From: an uncultured Actinomycetota bacterium
GTDB taxonomy: Bacteria > Actinomycetota > UBA4738 > HRBIN12
Direction: 5' to 3'
NCBI GenBank assembly: GCA_963724415.1
Contig: CAVRUS010000011.1
Span: 561 to 64,560 of the forward strand
DNA: 64,000 nt
Of the stretch, positions 17,964-27,284 are shown in pieces. The translations under genes were made by a program, and so were the position numbers. A model generated the notes under the pieces. That model had not been told where the DNA came from and searched no databases. It saw only the letters and a list, made by a program, of their open reading frames with translations. Within the stretch, counting starts at the first letter, position 1, and each line of letters opens with the position of its first letter.

Positions 17964-20395
17964 ATGACCAGACTCTCGTGGCCCATCGAGAACATCAAAC
18001 GCCAGTACGAGGTCGTCGTGGTCGGTTCGGGATACGGCGCGTCGATCGCCGCTTCCCGACTCGCTCGCGTGGGGCGGCGCGTCTGCGTGCTCGAGCGCGG
18101 CCGCGAATGGCAGACCGGCGAGTACCCGGACACCCTGCGCGAGGCCGCTGCACAGATGCAGGTCGACGCTCCCGGCGGACGGTGGGGGTCCACGACCGGT
18201 TTGTATGACTTCCGCGTGAACGACGAGATCGACGTGTTCCTCGGCTGCGGGCTCGGCGGCACGTCGCTGGTGAACGCTGGCGTCGCGCTGCGGGCCGATG
18301 ACCGCGTGTTCGACGACGACCGTTGGCCGAGTGTGTTCCGAGACCCGAACGCGCTCACGGATGGATACGAGCGGGCCACCGCCATGCTCCGGCCCTCCCC
18401 GTACCCACGGGCATCGAGCCTGCCCAAGCTCGATGCGCTCGAGGTTTCGGCCGACCACCTCAGCGAAAGCGGGGTATCCCGCTGCCTTCGACCGGCCGCC
18501 GATCAACGTCCACTTCGGCGAGGCCGGGCCCAACCATGTCGGCGTCTACCAGCAACCGTGCACGCTGTGCGGCGACTGCGTGTCGGGCTGCAACTCCGCC
18601 GCGAAGAACACGCTGATCATGAACTACCTGCCGGACGCGAGGAACCACGGTGCCGAGATCTACACCCGGACGTGGGTGCAGCGACTCGAACGACGGGACG
18701 ATGGCCGTTGGGTCGTCCACTTCCAGCTCCGGGATGCGGGGCGCGAGACCTTCGACGCGCCGACCCTGTTCGTGATCGCGGACATCGTCGTCCTGGGTGC
18801 CGGCGCGCTCGGCTCCACCGAGATCCTGCTGCGCTCCCGGGACGCGGGACTCCCGGTCTCGGACGAGCTCGGAACCCGCTTCACCGGCAACGGCGACGTG
18901 CTCGCGATCGGCTACAACAACGACCGCGAGATCGAGGGCATCGGCTACGGGGCTCGGTCGGTGGATCGCGAAGGAGCCCGTGGGGCCCTGCATCACCGGC
19001 ATCATCGACCTGCGGGGCAGCCCCCGGCTCGAGGACGGGTTCGTGATCGAGGAGGGCGTGATCCCCGGCGCGCTGTCGAGCCTGCTCCCAGAGGTTTTCG
19101 CCGGCATGGACGCGATAATGGGCGAGGACACGGATCGCGGGCTCAAGGACTTCCTGCTCGAGAGCGCGCGCGAGCTCGGAGGCCTGTTCCGCGGGCGCGA
19201 GAGCGGTGCGCTGCGCAACACCCAGACCTACCTGGTGATGTCCCACGACGACGGTCAGGGGCGCATGCGGCTCGAGGACGATCGCCTCCGGATCTCCTGG
19301 CCGGACGTGGGTGAGCAGTCGATCTTCCGCACCGTGAACGAGCGCCTCCGGCAGGCGACGGCCGCGCTCGGGGGCCACTTCGACGAGAACCCGTTGTGGA
19401 CGAGGCTGTTCGGCCACGATCTCGTCACGGTGCATCCCCTCGGCGGGTGCGTCATGGCAGACGACGCCGGCGGCGGCGTGGTCAACGATCGGGGTCAGGT
19501 GTTCTCCGGGGCCACGGGGGACGGTGTCTACGAGAGCCTCTACGTGATGGACGGCGCGGTGATCCCGCGCCCGATCGGCGTCAACCCGCTCCTCACGATC
19601 TCGGCGGTGGCCGAGCGCTCGGTCGCGCTGCTCGCGCGCGACCATGGCTGGCCGGTGGACTACGACTTCGAGGAGCCGCCCGTCGTCGCCGCGGGCGCCC
19701 CTGCTCGGCTCGGCGTGGAGTTCACGGAGACGATGCGGGGCGCCTTCGCCATGCGCGAGGCGGCGGGAGAGCCGACACGGGAGGACTACGAGCGCGCGGC
19801 TGCCGAGGGCGTACGGATCGCCCGCGCCGGGCACGACGCCGCCCGGATGCAAGGCCGGCCGGCGACGACGGCCGATTTCCCCGGCGGCGGGGCCTTCGAG
19901 TTCACGCTCACGATCACGTCGAGCGACCTCGATGCCATGATCGGTGACCCGGATCACGCGGCGACGATGGTCGGTACGGTCCGCGCCTCTACGCTGTCAC
20001 CCGATCCGCTGATGGTGACGAATGGGCGGTTCAACCTCTTCCTCGACGACCCGACGAACGAGCGGCGCAAACGTATGCGGTACCAGATGGACCTCAGCAG
20101 CGAGGACGGCACGGCCTACACGTTCGAGGGGTTCAAGGAGATCGCGGACGATCGCGGCGTCGATGTGTGGACCGACACCACCACGCTCTACGTCACGATC
20201 CGGGAGGCGGGACGGGTGGACGGACGGGTGGGACTCGGGATCCTGCGGATCAGCCCGAAGGACTTCATGCGCCAGCTCACGACGATGCGCGCGATCGGCG
20301 CCAGAGGGGTCCTCGAGGCGGCCGAGGCGAAGGTGCGGTTCGGACGGCTGTTCGCCGGCGAGCTGCAGGAGGTGTACGGAGCGCTCCTGGTCTGA
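17964..20395 (+). pseudogene. cholesterol-oxidase-like GMC oxidoreductase with a C-terminal extension of about 200 aa; two frameshifts (about 18470 and about 18960)
   Basis: YEVVVVGSGYGASIAASRLARVGRRVCVLERGREW is the FAD Rossmann motif. GVYQQPCTLCGDCVSGCNSAAKNTL and the C-terminal part lie in two other frames. The SD GGAGGGGAG precedes ATG 17964. Confidence 0.75.
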
Positions 20396-20404
20396 TCCGG
20401 TCGG

Positions 20405-21949
20405 TCAGACGCCGTGGTAGGAGTCCCAGAGCTGGCCCAGGTACCAGGAGCCGAACGTGGCGAGCGTGGCGGCCCGCTCGGCGATCGAGTCCGTGTTCGT
20501 CGCGTGCATGCTCGACACGAGCTTCGCGACGTCCCCGACGTCCAGCCGGAGCACCCCGGCGCCTGCGACCGGCCCGCTCGCGTCGTCGCCTTCGTGCAGG
20601 GTGGCCGGGATCGTCGTGATGTCACCCCATATGTCGGCGCCGGGGTCGTCGCGCAGATGCGCTCGCCCGGCGACGCGGTAGCTCCGCCCGCCGTGCTCGA
20701 AGGCGAGCTCGTACACCACCTCCTTCGCGTCGGGCTCGTCCGACGGCGCGAACAGGTTGAAGAGCCCGTCGACGCACGGGAGTCGGTCGCCGAAGGCGGG
20801 GAACGAGAGGTCTCCCGTCAGGGAGCCTGCGTGCTCGGGGTCCGACACGAACCGCTCGACGTCGTCGACGTCGATGTTGGCCCTGAGCGCGAGGGTCGTC
20901 CCGTCGGCCTGGCCCTTCGCCGCCCCCTCGGCGGGATCGGTCGCACCCAGCGCGAAAGGCCCGGTCATCGTCTCGCTGAACATCACACCACGACGCCCAC
21001 CGGCCATCCGAGTGACATCGGGGGTCAGCGCGAGTCCCTCCTCGGCCGCCGATGCCAGGTAGCGCTTCGCATCGCGGTACCCCATCGAGATCAGTGCGTC
21101 GGCGTCGATCCGCCCCTCGTAGAGATCGGGGTCGAGGGGGAGCGGCGAAGCGGGTTTGACCACGTGGAGCCGGATCGGCCGTGTCTGCCCGAAGGCTCCC
21201 TCCCCTTTCTCGATGCGACCGTTCAGCTCGCGGATACGATCCAGGTCCTCGAACAGCGCGCCGTTGGCCGACAGCTCGATCATGTGCACGTACTGGCGGA
21301 ACGGGCCCGGGTGATACTCCGGCTCGTTGCCGATGCACCAGACGAGCCAGATCTCCTCGGCTCCCCGGCGCACGGCTTCCCAGAGGTTGGCGTCGCGGAT
21401 CCAGACCGAATCGACGTAGGTGGCGTCGCCGCGCCGCACCGGGGGCATGAAGATCGGCAGTGAGATCCCGGCGACCAGCAGGTCGAGGTCGACGTCGGTG
21501 TGGTCGATCGCTTCGTTCGTCTTGGTCGTGTAGTTGCACACGTTGAACGTGCCCTGGATGCCCCGCGCGGCTCGGATCGAGTCGACGTCGACTCCCAGGT
21601 CGGGGAAGACGTGCCCCACGATGCCGTCGGCGTCGCCGAGGGCCATCAGATGCGAGGCCCGGACGTAGTCGGCGAGGGGCGCGAACGACACGAAGTCGCG
21701 GACGTTGAGCCGCCGCCACCGATCGCACATCTCGGGCGGTGTGAGCCCCGAGAGCAGCATCGCGAGGTTGATCGTCCCGCCCGAAGTCCCGTCGGCGTGG
21801 AAGAACACGAGCCCAGCGTCGACCAGCGCCCGGATCGCGCCTGCCTGGTAGGCGACCCGCATCCCGCCACCCGCCAGGACGAGGGACCGCCTCGGCCCCG
21901 TGTCGCCCTCTGGAGCGGCCCCGCTGGGCACGTGCGGCTCGGCGGTCAT
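20405..21949 (-). CDS. patatin-like phospholipase with a C-terminal domain homologous to the GMC protein C-terminus
   Basis: LVLAGGGMRVAYQAGAIRAL is the oxyanion motif and DGTSGGTINLAML is GxSxG. The C-terminal 200 aa align with the C-terminus of 17964-20395. Start taken at MTAEPH; the upstream RG-rich part is rejected. Confidence 0.8.
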   Translation of the reverse strand: MTAEPHVPSGAAPEGDTGPRRSLVLAGGGMRVAYQAGAIRALVDAGLVFFHADGTSGGTINLAMLLSGLTPPEMCDRWRRLNVRDFVSFAPLADYVRASHLMALGDADGIVGHVFPDLGVDVDSIRAARGIQGTFNVCNYTTKTNEAIDHTDVDLDLLVAGISLPIFMPPVRRGDATYVDSVWIRDANLWEAVRRGAEEIWLVWCIGNEPEYHPGPFRQYVHMIELSANGALFEDLDRIRELNGRIEKGEGAFGQTRPIRLHVVKPASPLPLDPDLYEGRIDADALISMGYRDAKRYLASAAEEGLALTPDVTRMAGGRRGVMFSETMTGPFALGATDPAEGAAKGQADGTTLALRANIDVDDVERFVSDPEHAGSLTGDLSFPAFGDRLPCVDGLFNLFAPSDEPDAKEVVYELAFEHGGRSYRVAGRAHLRDDPGADIWGDITTIPATLHEGDDASGPVAGAGVLRLDVGDVAKLVSSMHATNTDSIAERAATLATFGSWYLGQLWDSYHGV

Positions 21950-22016
21950 CGGACCGGAGTCGAGGAGAGCCCTTCTGGGGGCCTCGAGCGCGCCGGCCGG
22001 GTCGCGAGGGAGATGT

Positions 22017-22430
22017 TCACCGTCGGATGCGCCTCCAGAACGCGAGTCCGAGCGCCCCGGACAGGAGGTCGAACCCCGCCACCAGCAGCGCCACCCCGGA
22101 GAACACGCCGCGAGCGACGCCGATCCCGACCGCCGCCGAGGCACCCACCTTCTGGAGGGCGGCCCAGAAGACGACGATGGGGTGCTCCGCCCGGTCCAGG
22201 AGCGCGTGGATCAGCATGCCGCCGAACAGCACCATGAACATGCCGACCGTGGCGAACAGCTGTCGGGTCGCCTCCGTGTTCTCGACCGAGAGCCGGTCCA
22301 GCACGAAGCCGGGAGCCACGATCTGGGTGAGGCCGGAGGCCACCGTGATCGCCGCGATCGCGAGGAGAACGAGACGGAGCGGGTCTGCGACCAGGCGCCG
22401 CCGCACGCCAACCGCCGCCGGATCGCTCAT
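22017..22430 (-). CDS. small membrane protein
   Basis: 137 aa with 3-4 TM helices. Its start overlaps the stop of the upstream gene in a TGATG arrangement. Confidence 0.55.
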   Translation of the reverse strand: MSDPAAVGVRRRLVADPLRLVLLAIAAITVASGLTQIVAPGFVLDRLSVENTEATRQLFATVGMFMVLFGGMLIHALLDRAEHPIVVFWAALQKVGASAAVGIGVARGVFSGVALLVAGFDLLSGALGLAFWRRIRR

Positions 22431-22894
22431 CACCGCGCCCGCACCGCGAAGAAGATCGCCATGGTGAGCCACTCCGTGCTCCACAGCCCCACCCGGATGG
22501 ATGTCAAAGACTTCCATCGGCGCAGCGCCTCCTCGAGCTCCGCCGGGTCGGTGATCCCTTCGGCCATGCGCCGGTTGATCGGCAGGATCAGGGTCACCGT
22601 GAGCGCGGCGCTCCCGACGACCAGCGTCAGGACCAGGATCGGGACCCAGACCAGCCCGGTGCCCCACTCCGCCACGAGCATGATCCCGGCGGTGGCGATC
22701 ATGATGGTGGTCAAGGCCGTGAACACCCGCAGGGCCGCCTTCACCTGTGGCACGAAGTGCAGGTAGTAGTTCTCGACCGTGAGGTGCGGAGTGATCGGGA
22801 AGGAGAACAGCACAGTGGACCACCCGGTCCCGAAGTACATGGACGCGCCCATGAGGAGGACCACCTCGTCGACCAGGACCAGCGTCCGCGTCAT
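22430..22894 (-). CDS. small 4-TM membrane protein (possibly DUF1772-like)
   Basis: 154 aa and hydrophobic. Translationally coupled to 22017-22430. Confidence 0.55.
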   Translation of the reverse strand: MTRTLVLVDEVVLLMGASMYFGTGWSTVLFSFPITPHLTVENYYLHFVPQVKAALRVFTALTTIMIATAGIMLVAEWGTGLVWVPILVLTLVVGSAALTVTLILPINRRMAEGITDPAELEEALRRWKSLTSIRVGLWSTEWLTMAIFFAVRAR

Positions 22895-22900
22895 GCCGGT

Positions 22901-23788
22901 TCAGCGCACGAGCTCGTCGTCGCCATACGGAGCCTTCGGCGGGTCGAGCCAGTCCTGGCTCAGCCCGAGGTCGAACACGCTCTCCATCCCTTCGCCCGGC
23001 TGCGGCGTCCCCTCCCAGCTCAGGAACCACGCCTCGAAGTGGTCGTCGAGGGCCCCGGAGAAATCGCCGAGGTACGCGGTGAAGACGGGCTTGGGGTCGA
23101 TGTGAAGCTCCTTCAGCGGCTGGACCCGCGGGTGGTTCCCGAGGTACATGCGCGCTATCGCGCCGCCGCCGAGCCCGACCTGCATGTGGCCCTTGAAGTA
23201 GACGCCGGACTTCATGAGCATGCCGCGGAAGCGGCAGTAGTTGATCGCACCGATATCGAGCGGGATCCGGAACCCTCCCGGCCGGTCGATCTCGATGCGC
23301 ATCCCGAGCATCCCATCCTTGTCGTACTGGCTGCTCACGACCTGGTCGGAGACTTCGAAGTCCAGGTTGGCCTGGTGCTTGGGCATGCCCCAGATCCCCT
23401 TGCCCCCTTTGACCGAGATCTCGCTGCTGACCGGGAGGTCCACGACGTACTGTCCGGTGCCGAACCAGCGCCGGAACAGCGCCGGCACCAGGGGCGGCGC
23501 CGGCCCGCCCCCGTGCGTGCAGGCGATCGCGATGCTGAACTCGACGTACTTGCCGATGTCGGTGAACCGGTAGTTCACGACCGTGATCACGAGCACGGCG
23601 TGACCCCCGAGTCGGAACGGGTGGAGCTCGTTGCCGGGGAGCATGGCAGCGGCTCGGCGACGGTCGATCCGGAAGGCGGCCATGAGCGCGCCCGTCTTCA
23701 CGGAATCGACGGGGAGCCGGAACGGGATCCCGTCCACCAGCGCGTTGCGCCCGGCCTGGGCCTTGATGCGACGCGGCATGGCGGTCAT
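22901..23788 (-). CDS. acetoacetate-decarboxylase-like (ADC fold) family protein
   Basis: The C-terminal 295 aa of ORF 22901-24391, from MTAMPRRIK, resemble ADC-like proteins. The upstream RG-rich part overlaps the neighbouring gene and is rejected. Confidence 0.45.
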   Translation of the reverse strand: MTAMPRRIKAQAGRNALVDGIPFRLPVDSVKTGALMAAFRIDRRRAAAMLPGNELHPFRLGGHAVLVITVVNYRFTDIGKYVEFSIAIACTHGGGPAPPLVPALFRRWFGTGQYVVDLPVSSEISVKGGKGIWGMPKHQANLDFEVSDQVVSSQYDKDGMLGMRIEIDRPGGFRIPLDIGAINYCRFRGMLMKSGVYFKGHMQVGLGGGAIARMYLGNHPRVQPLKELHIDPKPVFTAYLGDFSGALDDHFEAWFLSWEGTPQPGEGMESVFDLGLSQDWLDPPKAPYGDDELVR

Positions 23789-23820
23789 CCGCGGCACCTC
23801 GAAGGGGTCATCTTCATCGG

Positions 23821-24879
23821 CTACCTCTTCAGCTCGTCGAGCATCAGTGGGAACACGTCGCGTGCCGCGTCCTTGCCCATGAATACGTCCAGGTGGCTGT
23901 AGTTCGGCAGCACGCGCAGAGAGTGGTAGTTGGGGCGCCGTCGATCGAACAGCTCGAAGGTCCGCTCCTGGCTCTCCGCCGAGAAGCACCGGTTGAGCTT
24001 GCCGGCGAAGAACGCGAACCTCGCGTCCGTTTGCGGCGGCTGGGCGAGGAAGTCGGCGGGAAGCGCAGGCAAGCCTTCGACCGAGACGAGACGTCCGCGT
24101 TGGACGCACTGCGCCATCTGCTCGAAGAACGTCATCGGGACGAACCCGAACTCCGAGCGGAGCCATTCGTGCGTCTCGCCATTGAGGTTCTCGTGCCGCC
24201 AGAGCGCCGGGAAGCCCGTGCCGTACGTGAAACTGACCATCCGGCAGACAGTGTTGTCGCACTCGTGGTGGAACGCGCGCACGAGCAGCACCATGATCTT
24301 CGCGAACGTCGTCGGCGCCTCGACGCCCCAGTGGGGGTCCATGTACCTCGACGCCATCTTCACGAGCGGCGTCAGGTACCGGATCTTCCATCGCGAGACC
24401 ATCGGGATGACCGGGTGCAGCGAGACCGCGTTCGTGACGATCGTCGTGACCTCAGGCACCAGGCCGGCGACGGCCGACATCATGAAGCTCGTCGAGCCCT
24501 GGCAGTGGATGATCGCTTTCATCTCGTCGCTGCCGGTCTCGCGCAGCACCGTGCGCACGGCCTCCGGGTGGTCGTACGCGGCGGCGCGATCGAGGGTCCA
24601 CTCGTTCGGGGCGAAGTCGATGCTGGCGCGCCAGTTCTCGAGCCAGACGTCGTAGCCCTCCTCGACGAGCACGTTGACGAGGTTCGACCGGACCGGCGCC
24701 CGGAAGACGTTCGCGCGGACGCCGGCACCGTGGACGAGCATCACCGGCCCGCGGTCGGGCGGGCGCGAACCACGGACGTTGATGACGTTGCCCTCGTGCC
24801 CGTCCGCCGTCGTGAAGCGCACGACGCGGCCAGGCCCGGTCGCGGCCGCTCCCGCTGCGTTCGGCGCGCCCTCAGGCAT
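23821..24879 (-). CDS. alpha/beta hydrolase (lipase-like)
   Basis: Start at MPEGAP with GGAAGGA upstream. IIHCQGSTSF is the nucleophile elbow, and there are a Gly-rich oxyanion region and a C-terminal His. Confidence 0.65.
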   Translation of the reverse strand: MPEGAPNAAGAAATGPGRVVRFTTADGHEGNVINVRGSRPPDRGPVMLVHGAGVRANVFRAPVRSNLVNVLVEEGYDVWLENWRASIDFAPNEWTLDRAAAYDHPEAVRTVLRETGSDEMKAIIHCQGSTSFMMSAVAGLVPEVTTIVTNAVSLHPVIPMVSRWKIRYLTPLVKMASRYMDPHWGVEAPTTFAKIMVLLVRAFHHECDNTVCRMVSFTYGTGFPALWRHENLNGETHEWLRSEFGFVPMTFFEQMAQCVQRGRLVSVEGLPALPADFLAQPPQTDARFAFFAGKLNRCFSAESQERTFELFDRRRPNYHSLRVLPNYSHLDVFMGKDAARDVFPLMLDELKR

Positions 24880-25082
24880 CCGATGTCCTTCCCGCCGCGT
24901 GGACCGATCGAGGTGTGCCCGACCGGCGCGCCGGCACTGCACCCGCGAACAGTACGACCGCCCGTTCGCGTGGCGCAAATCCTTGCCATGTTCGGCCGCC
25001 GCTCTTCGGGCGGCGCTCTGATCCACGTATCGCATTGCCGTAGGTTCCATGGCCTACGAGAGCCAGCCGACGGGATGCCCTC

Positions 25083-25219
25083 AGGACACGCCGGCGGAGG
25101 GTCCCGAAGGTGTGACGGCAGCCGACCTCGTCGCCGTCCGCGGCGGGTCGGAGGTGACGATCGCCCCTCGAAAGCTTCGATGGTCAGGTGAGCGTCCCGA
25201 TCCGGGTCGACGCCTGAGG
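25083..25219 (+). repeat. degenerate copy (about 85% identical) of the 3' end of gene 7511-8026, with a 1-nt indel
   Basis: Compare 7890-8029 (..gagggtcccgaagg..gtcggaggtgacgatcgccctcgaaagcttcgatggtcaggtgagcg..) with 25082-25219. Confidence 0.7.
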
Positions 25220-25556
25220 ACATCGGAGGGAGAGATGACCGGGTCGAAGGAGTCGTCGGCCATCTAGGTCGCCGGACCTCTTCCGGGTTCGACCCCGAAC
25301 GGGGGCGAACCTACACTCGCGAACATGCAGCGTCGCAGCGGAGGACGCAGCCTCGGGTCGGTCTATCGCCTCGACCCGTTGACGTTCGAGGGGGAGAGGA
25401 TGCCCGTAGGCGCGGAGGTGCTCGGCGTCGCCGTGGACGAAGCCGCCGACTCTCTGTGGGTCTACGTCGGTGAGTCCTCGGATCCGAGCCCCGAGTGAGC
25501 CAGAGTCGAACGGGTGTGCTGCATCGCGACGCGGCTGCTCCAGGAGGTCGCGCGGA

Positions 25557-26009
25557 TCAGTTCCGGTCCGAGACCTCGGCGGCGATCTCCCCGGCGCGCC
25601 GATAGCTGAGCTCGGCGCCGAGCCGGAGGAACTCCCGGATCCCGGCGAGCTGTTCCGCCGTGAAGCGGCTGCCCGAGGCGAGCCATGCGGCGGCAACGGG
25701 ACCCCAGGCGTGCTCGGCGAGCTCGCGGAAGCGCTCGGTCGTCTCGACCAGGACCCGGCGCCGGTCGGAGGGATCCGCGAGGCGCTGCACGTAGCCGGCT
25801 CGCTCGAGGCGGTCGAGCACCGCGGTGATCGCGCCGGTGGTCAGCCGACTCTCTTCGGCCAGACGGCCCGCGGGGACCGTGCCGAGCCTGGCGAGGATGT
25901 CGAGGCAGATCACGTCGGTCCGATTCACCCCGAGCCACTCGGCGATCGCGGCGTCCATCGCGTCCGCGGCGTTCTGGTTGATCCGCATCTCCGTGATGAT
26001 CTCGGCCAT
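25557..26009 (-). CDS. MarR family transcriptional regulator
   Basis: 150 aa from MAEIITEMRINQ. The winged-HTH region TTGAITAVLDRLERAGYVQRLADPSDRRRVLVETT is present. It is divergent from the epoxide hydrolase gene. Confidence 0.8.
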   Translation of the reverse strand: MAEIITEMRINQNAADAMDAAIAEWLGVNRTDVICLDILARLGTVPAGRLAEESRLTTGAITAVLDRLERAGYVQRLADPSDRRRVLVETTERFRELAEHAWGPVAAAWLASGSRFTAEQLAGIREFLRLGAELSYRRAGEIAAEVSDRN

Positions 26010-26126
26010 CTCGTCACGGCGGGATAGGCGAGAGCGCCTTGACGGTCGAGTATCTTGAGAAGTAAGATTCTTAGACATCGTGGGGATGATACCCCAGCCG
26101 CGAGGAGAAGGGAAGGAGCCAGCTCG

Positions 26127-27254
26127 ATGACCGGCACCGACACCGAGATCCGCCCGTTCCGCATCGACATCCCGCAGGCCGACCTCGACGACCTCCGGGC
26201 TCGCCTGGACCGCACGCGCTGGCCCGACGAGCTGCCCGGCGTCGGCTGGGACTACGGGGTGCCGCTCGGCTACGTGAAGGAGCTCACCGAGTACTGGCGC
26301 GCGGGCTACGACTGGCGCGAGTGGGAGAGCAGGCTCAACGCGTACCCGCAGTTCACCACCACGATCGACGGGCAGAACGTCCACTTCCTGCACGTCCGGT
26401 CGCCCGAGCCGGACGCGCTGCCCGTCATCCTCACGCACGGGTGGCCGGGCTCGATCGTGGAGTACCTCGACGTCATCGACCGGCTGAGCGATCCGAGGGC
26501 GCACGGAGGCGATCCGAGCGACGCGTTCCATCTGGTGATCCCGTCGCTCCCCGGGTACGGGTTCTCCGGTCCCACCCACGAGGCCGGCTGGACCAACCCA
26601 CGCATCGCGAAGGCCTGGGCGGTGCTGATGGGCCGGCTGGGCTACGACCGCTACGGCGCCGTCGGCAACGACGCGGGCTCGATGATCAACCCCGAGCTGG
26701 GGCGGCACGACCCCGAGCACGTGCTCGGCGTCCACGTCACGCAGATCTTCTCGTTCCCGACCGGTGACCCGTCGGAGATGGCGGACCTCACGGAGGAGGA
26801 GCAGCGGGAGCTGGGAACGCTCCAGTGGTTCTACGAGAACAAGATGTCGTTCAACACGCTGATGGCCCAGCAACCGCAGACGCTGTCGTTCGCTTTGCTC
26901 GACTCACCGGTCGGGTTGCTCGCCTGGAACGCGCAGCTGCTCGGCGAGGAGCTGGATCGAGACTTCGTCCTCACGAACGTGATGCTCTACTGGCTGACCG
27001 GAACGGCGGGCTCCGCGGCTCGGCTGTACTACGAGAACGCCCATGCCACGCCGCCGACCGAACCGACCACCGTTCCGATCGGGCTGGCCGCGTTCGCGGG
27101 GGACTTCAGCGGCATCCGCCGCTTCGCGAACCGGGATCACTCGAACATCGTTCGCTGGACGACGTTCGAGGGCGGCGGCGGCCACTACGCGGCGCACAAG
27201 GTGCCCGATCTCCTCGTCGGCGACGTGCGGGAGTTCTTCCGGGACCTGCGCTGA
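26127..27254 (+). CDS. epoxide hydrolase (microsomal-EH-like, EHN domain + alpha/beta hydrolase)
   Basis: [27 protein letters not shown] is the EH N-terminal domain and HGWPGS is the hydrolase motif. The SD GGAAGGAG precedes ATG 26127. Confidence 0.85.
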   Translation: MTGTDTEIRPFRIDIPQADLDDLRARLDRTRWPDELPGVGWDYGVPLGYVKELTEYWRAGYDWREWESRLNAYPQFTTTIDGQNVHFLHVRSPEPDALPVILTHGWPGSIVEYLDVIDRLSDPRAHGGDPSDAFHLVIPSLPGYGFSGPTHEAGWTNPRIAKAWAVLMGRLGYDRYGAVGNDAGSMINPELGRHDPEHVLGVHVTQIFSFPTGDPSEMADLTEEEQRELGTLQWFYENKMSFNTLMAQQPQTLSFALLDSPVGLLAWNAQLLGEELDRDFVLTNVMLYWLTGTAGSAARLYYENAHATPPTEPTTVPIGLAAFAGDFSGIRRFANRDHSNIVRWTTFEGGGGHYAAHKVPDLLVGDVREFFRDLR

Positions 27255-27284
27255 CGTCACCGGTGACGGCGTGATCGGCTGGCC

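Noticed and set aside
16910-18427. 505-aa ORF on the minus strand
   Set aside because: Antisense to the metallophosphoesterase and GMC genes. RG-rich with no domain.
20388-20410. Short hairpin gtctga/tcagac spanning the two convergent stop codons
   Set aside because: Only a 6-bp AT-containing stem with no U tract, so unlikely to be a functional bidirectional terminator by itself.
20622-21728. 368-aa ORF overlapping the patatin gene in another frame, and similar shadow ORFs (54546-56261 -, 56126-57604 -, 61509-63980 -, 44966-46003 -)
   Set aside because: Low-complexity and embedded in genes with clear domain content on the other strand or frame.
25325-25498. 57-aa ORF in the lipase-MarR gap
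   Set aside because: No SD and no conservation signal. It lies next to the gene-fragment scar.
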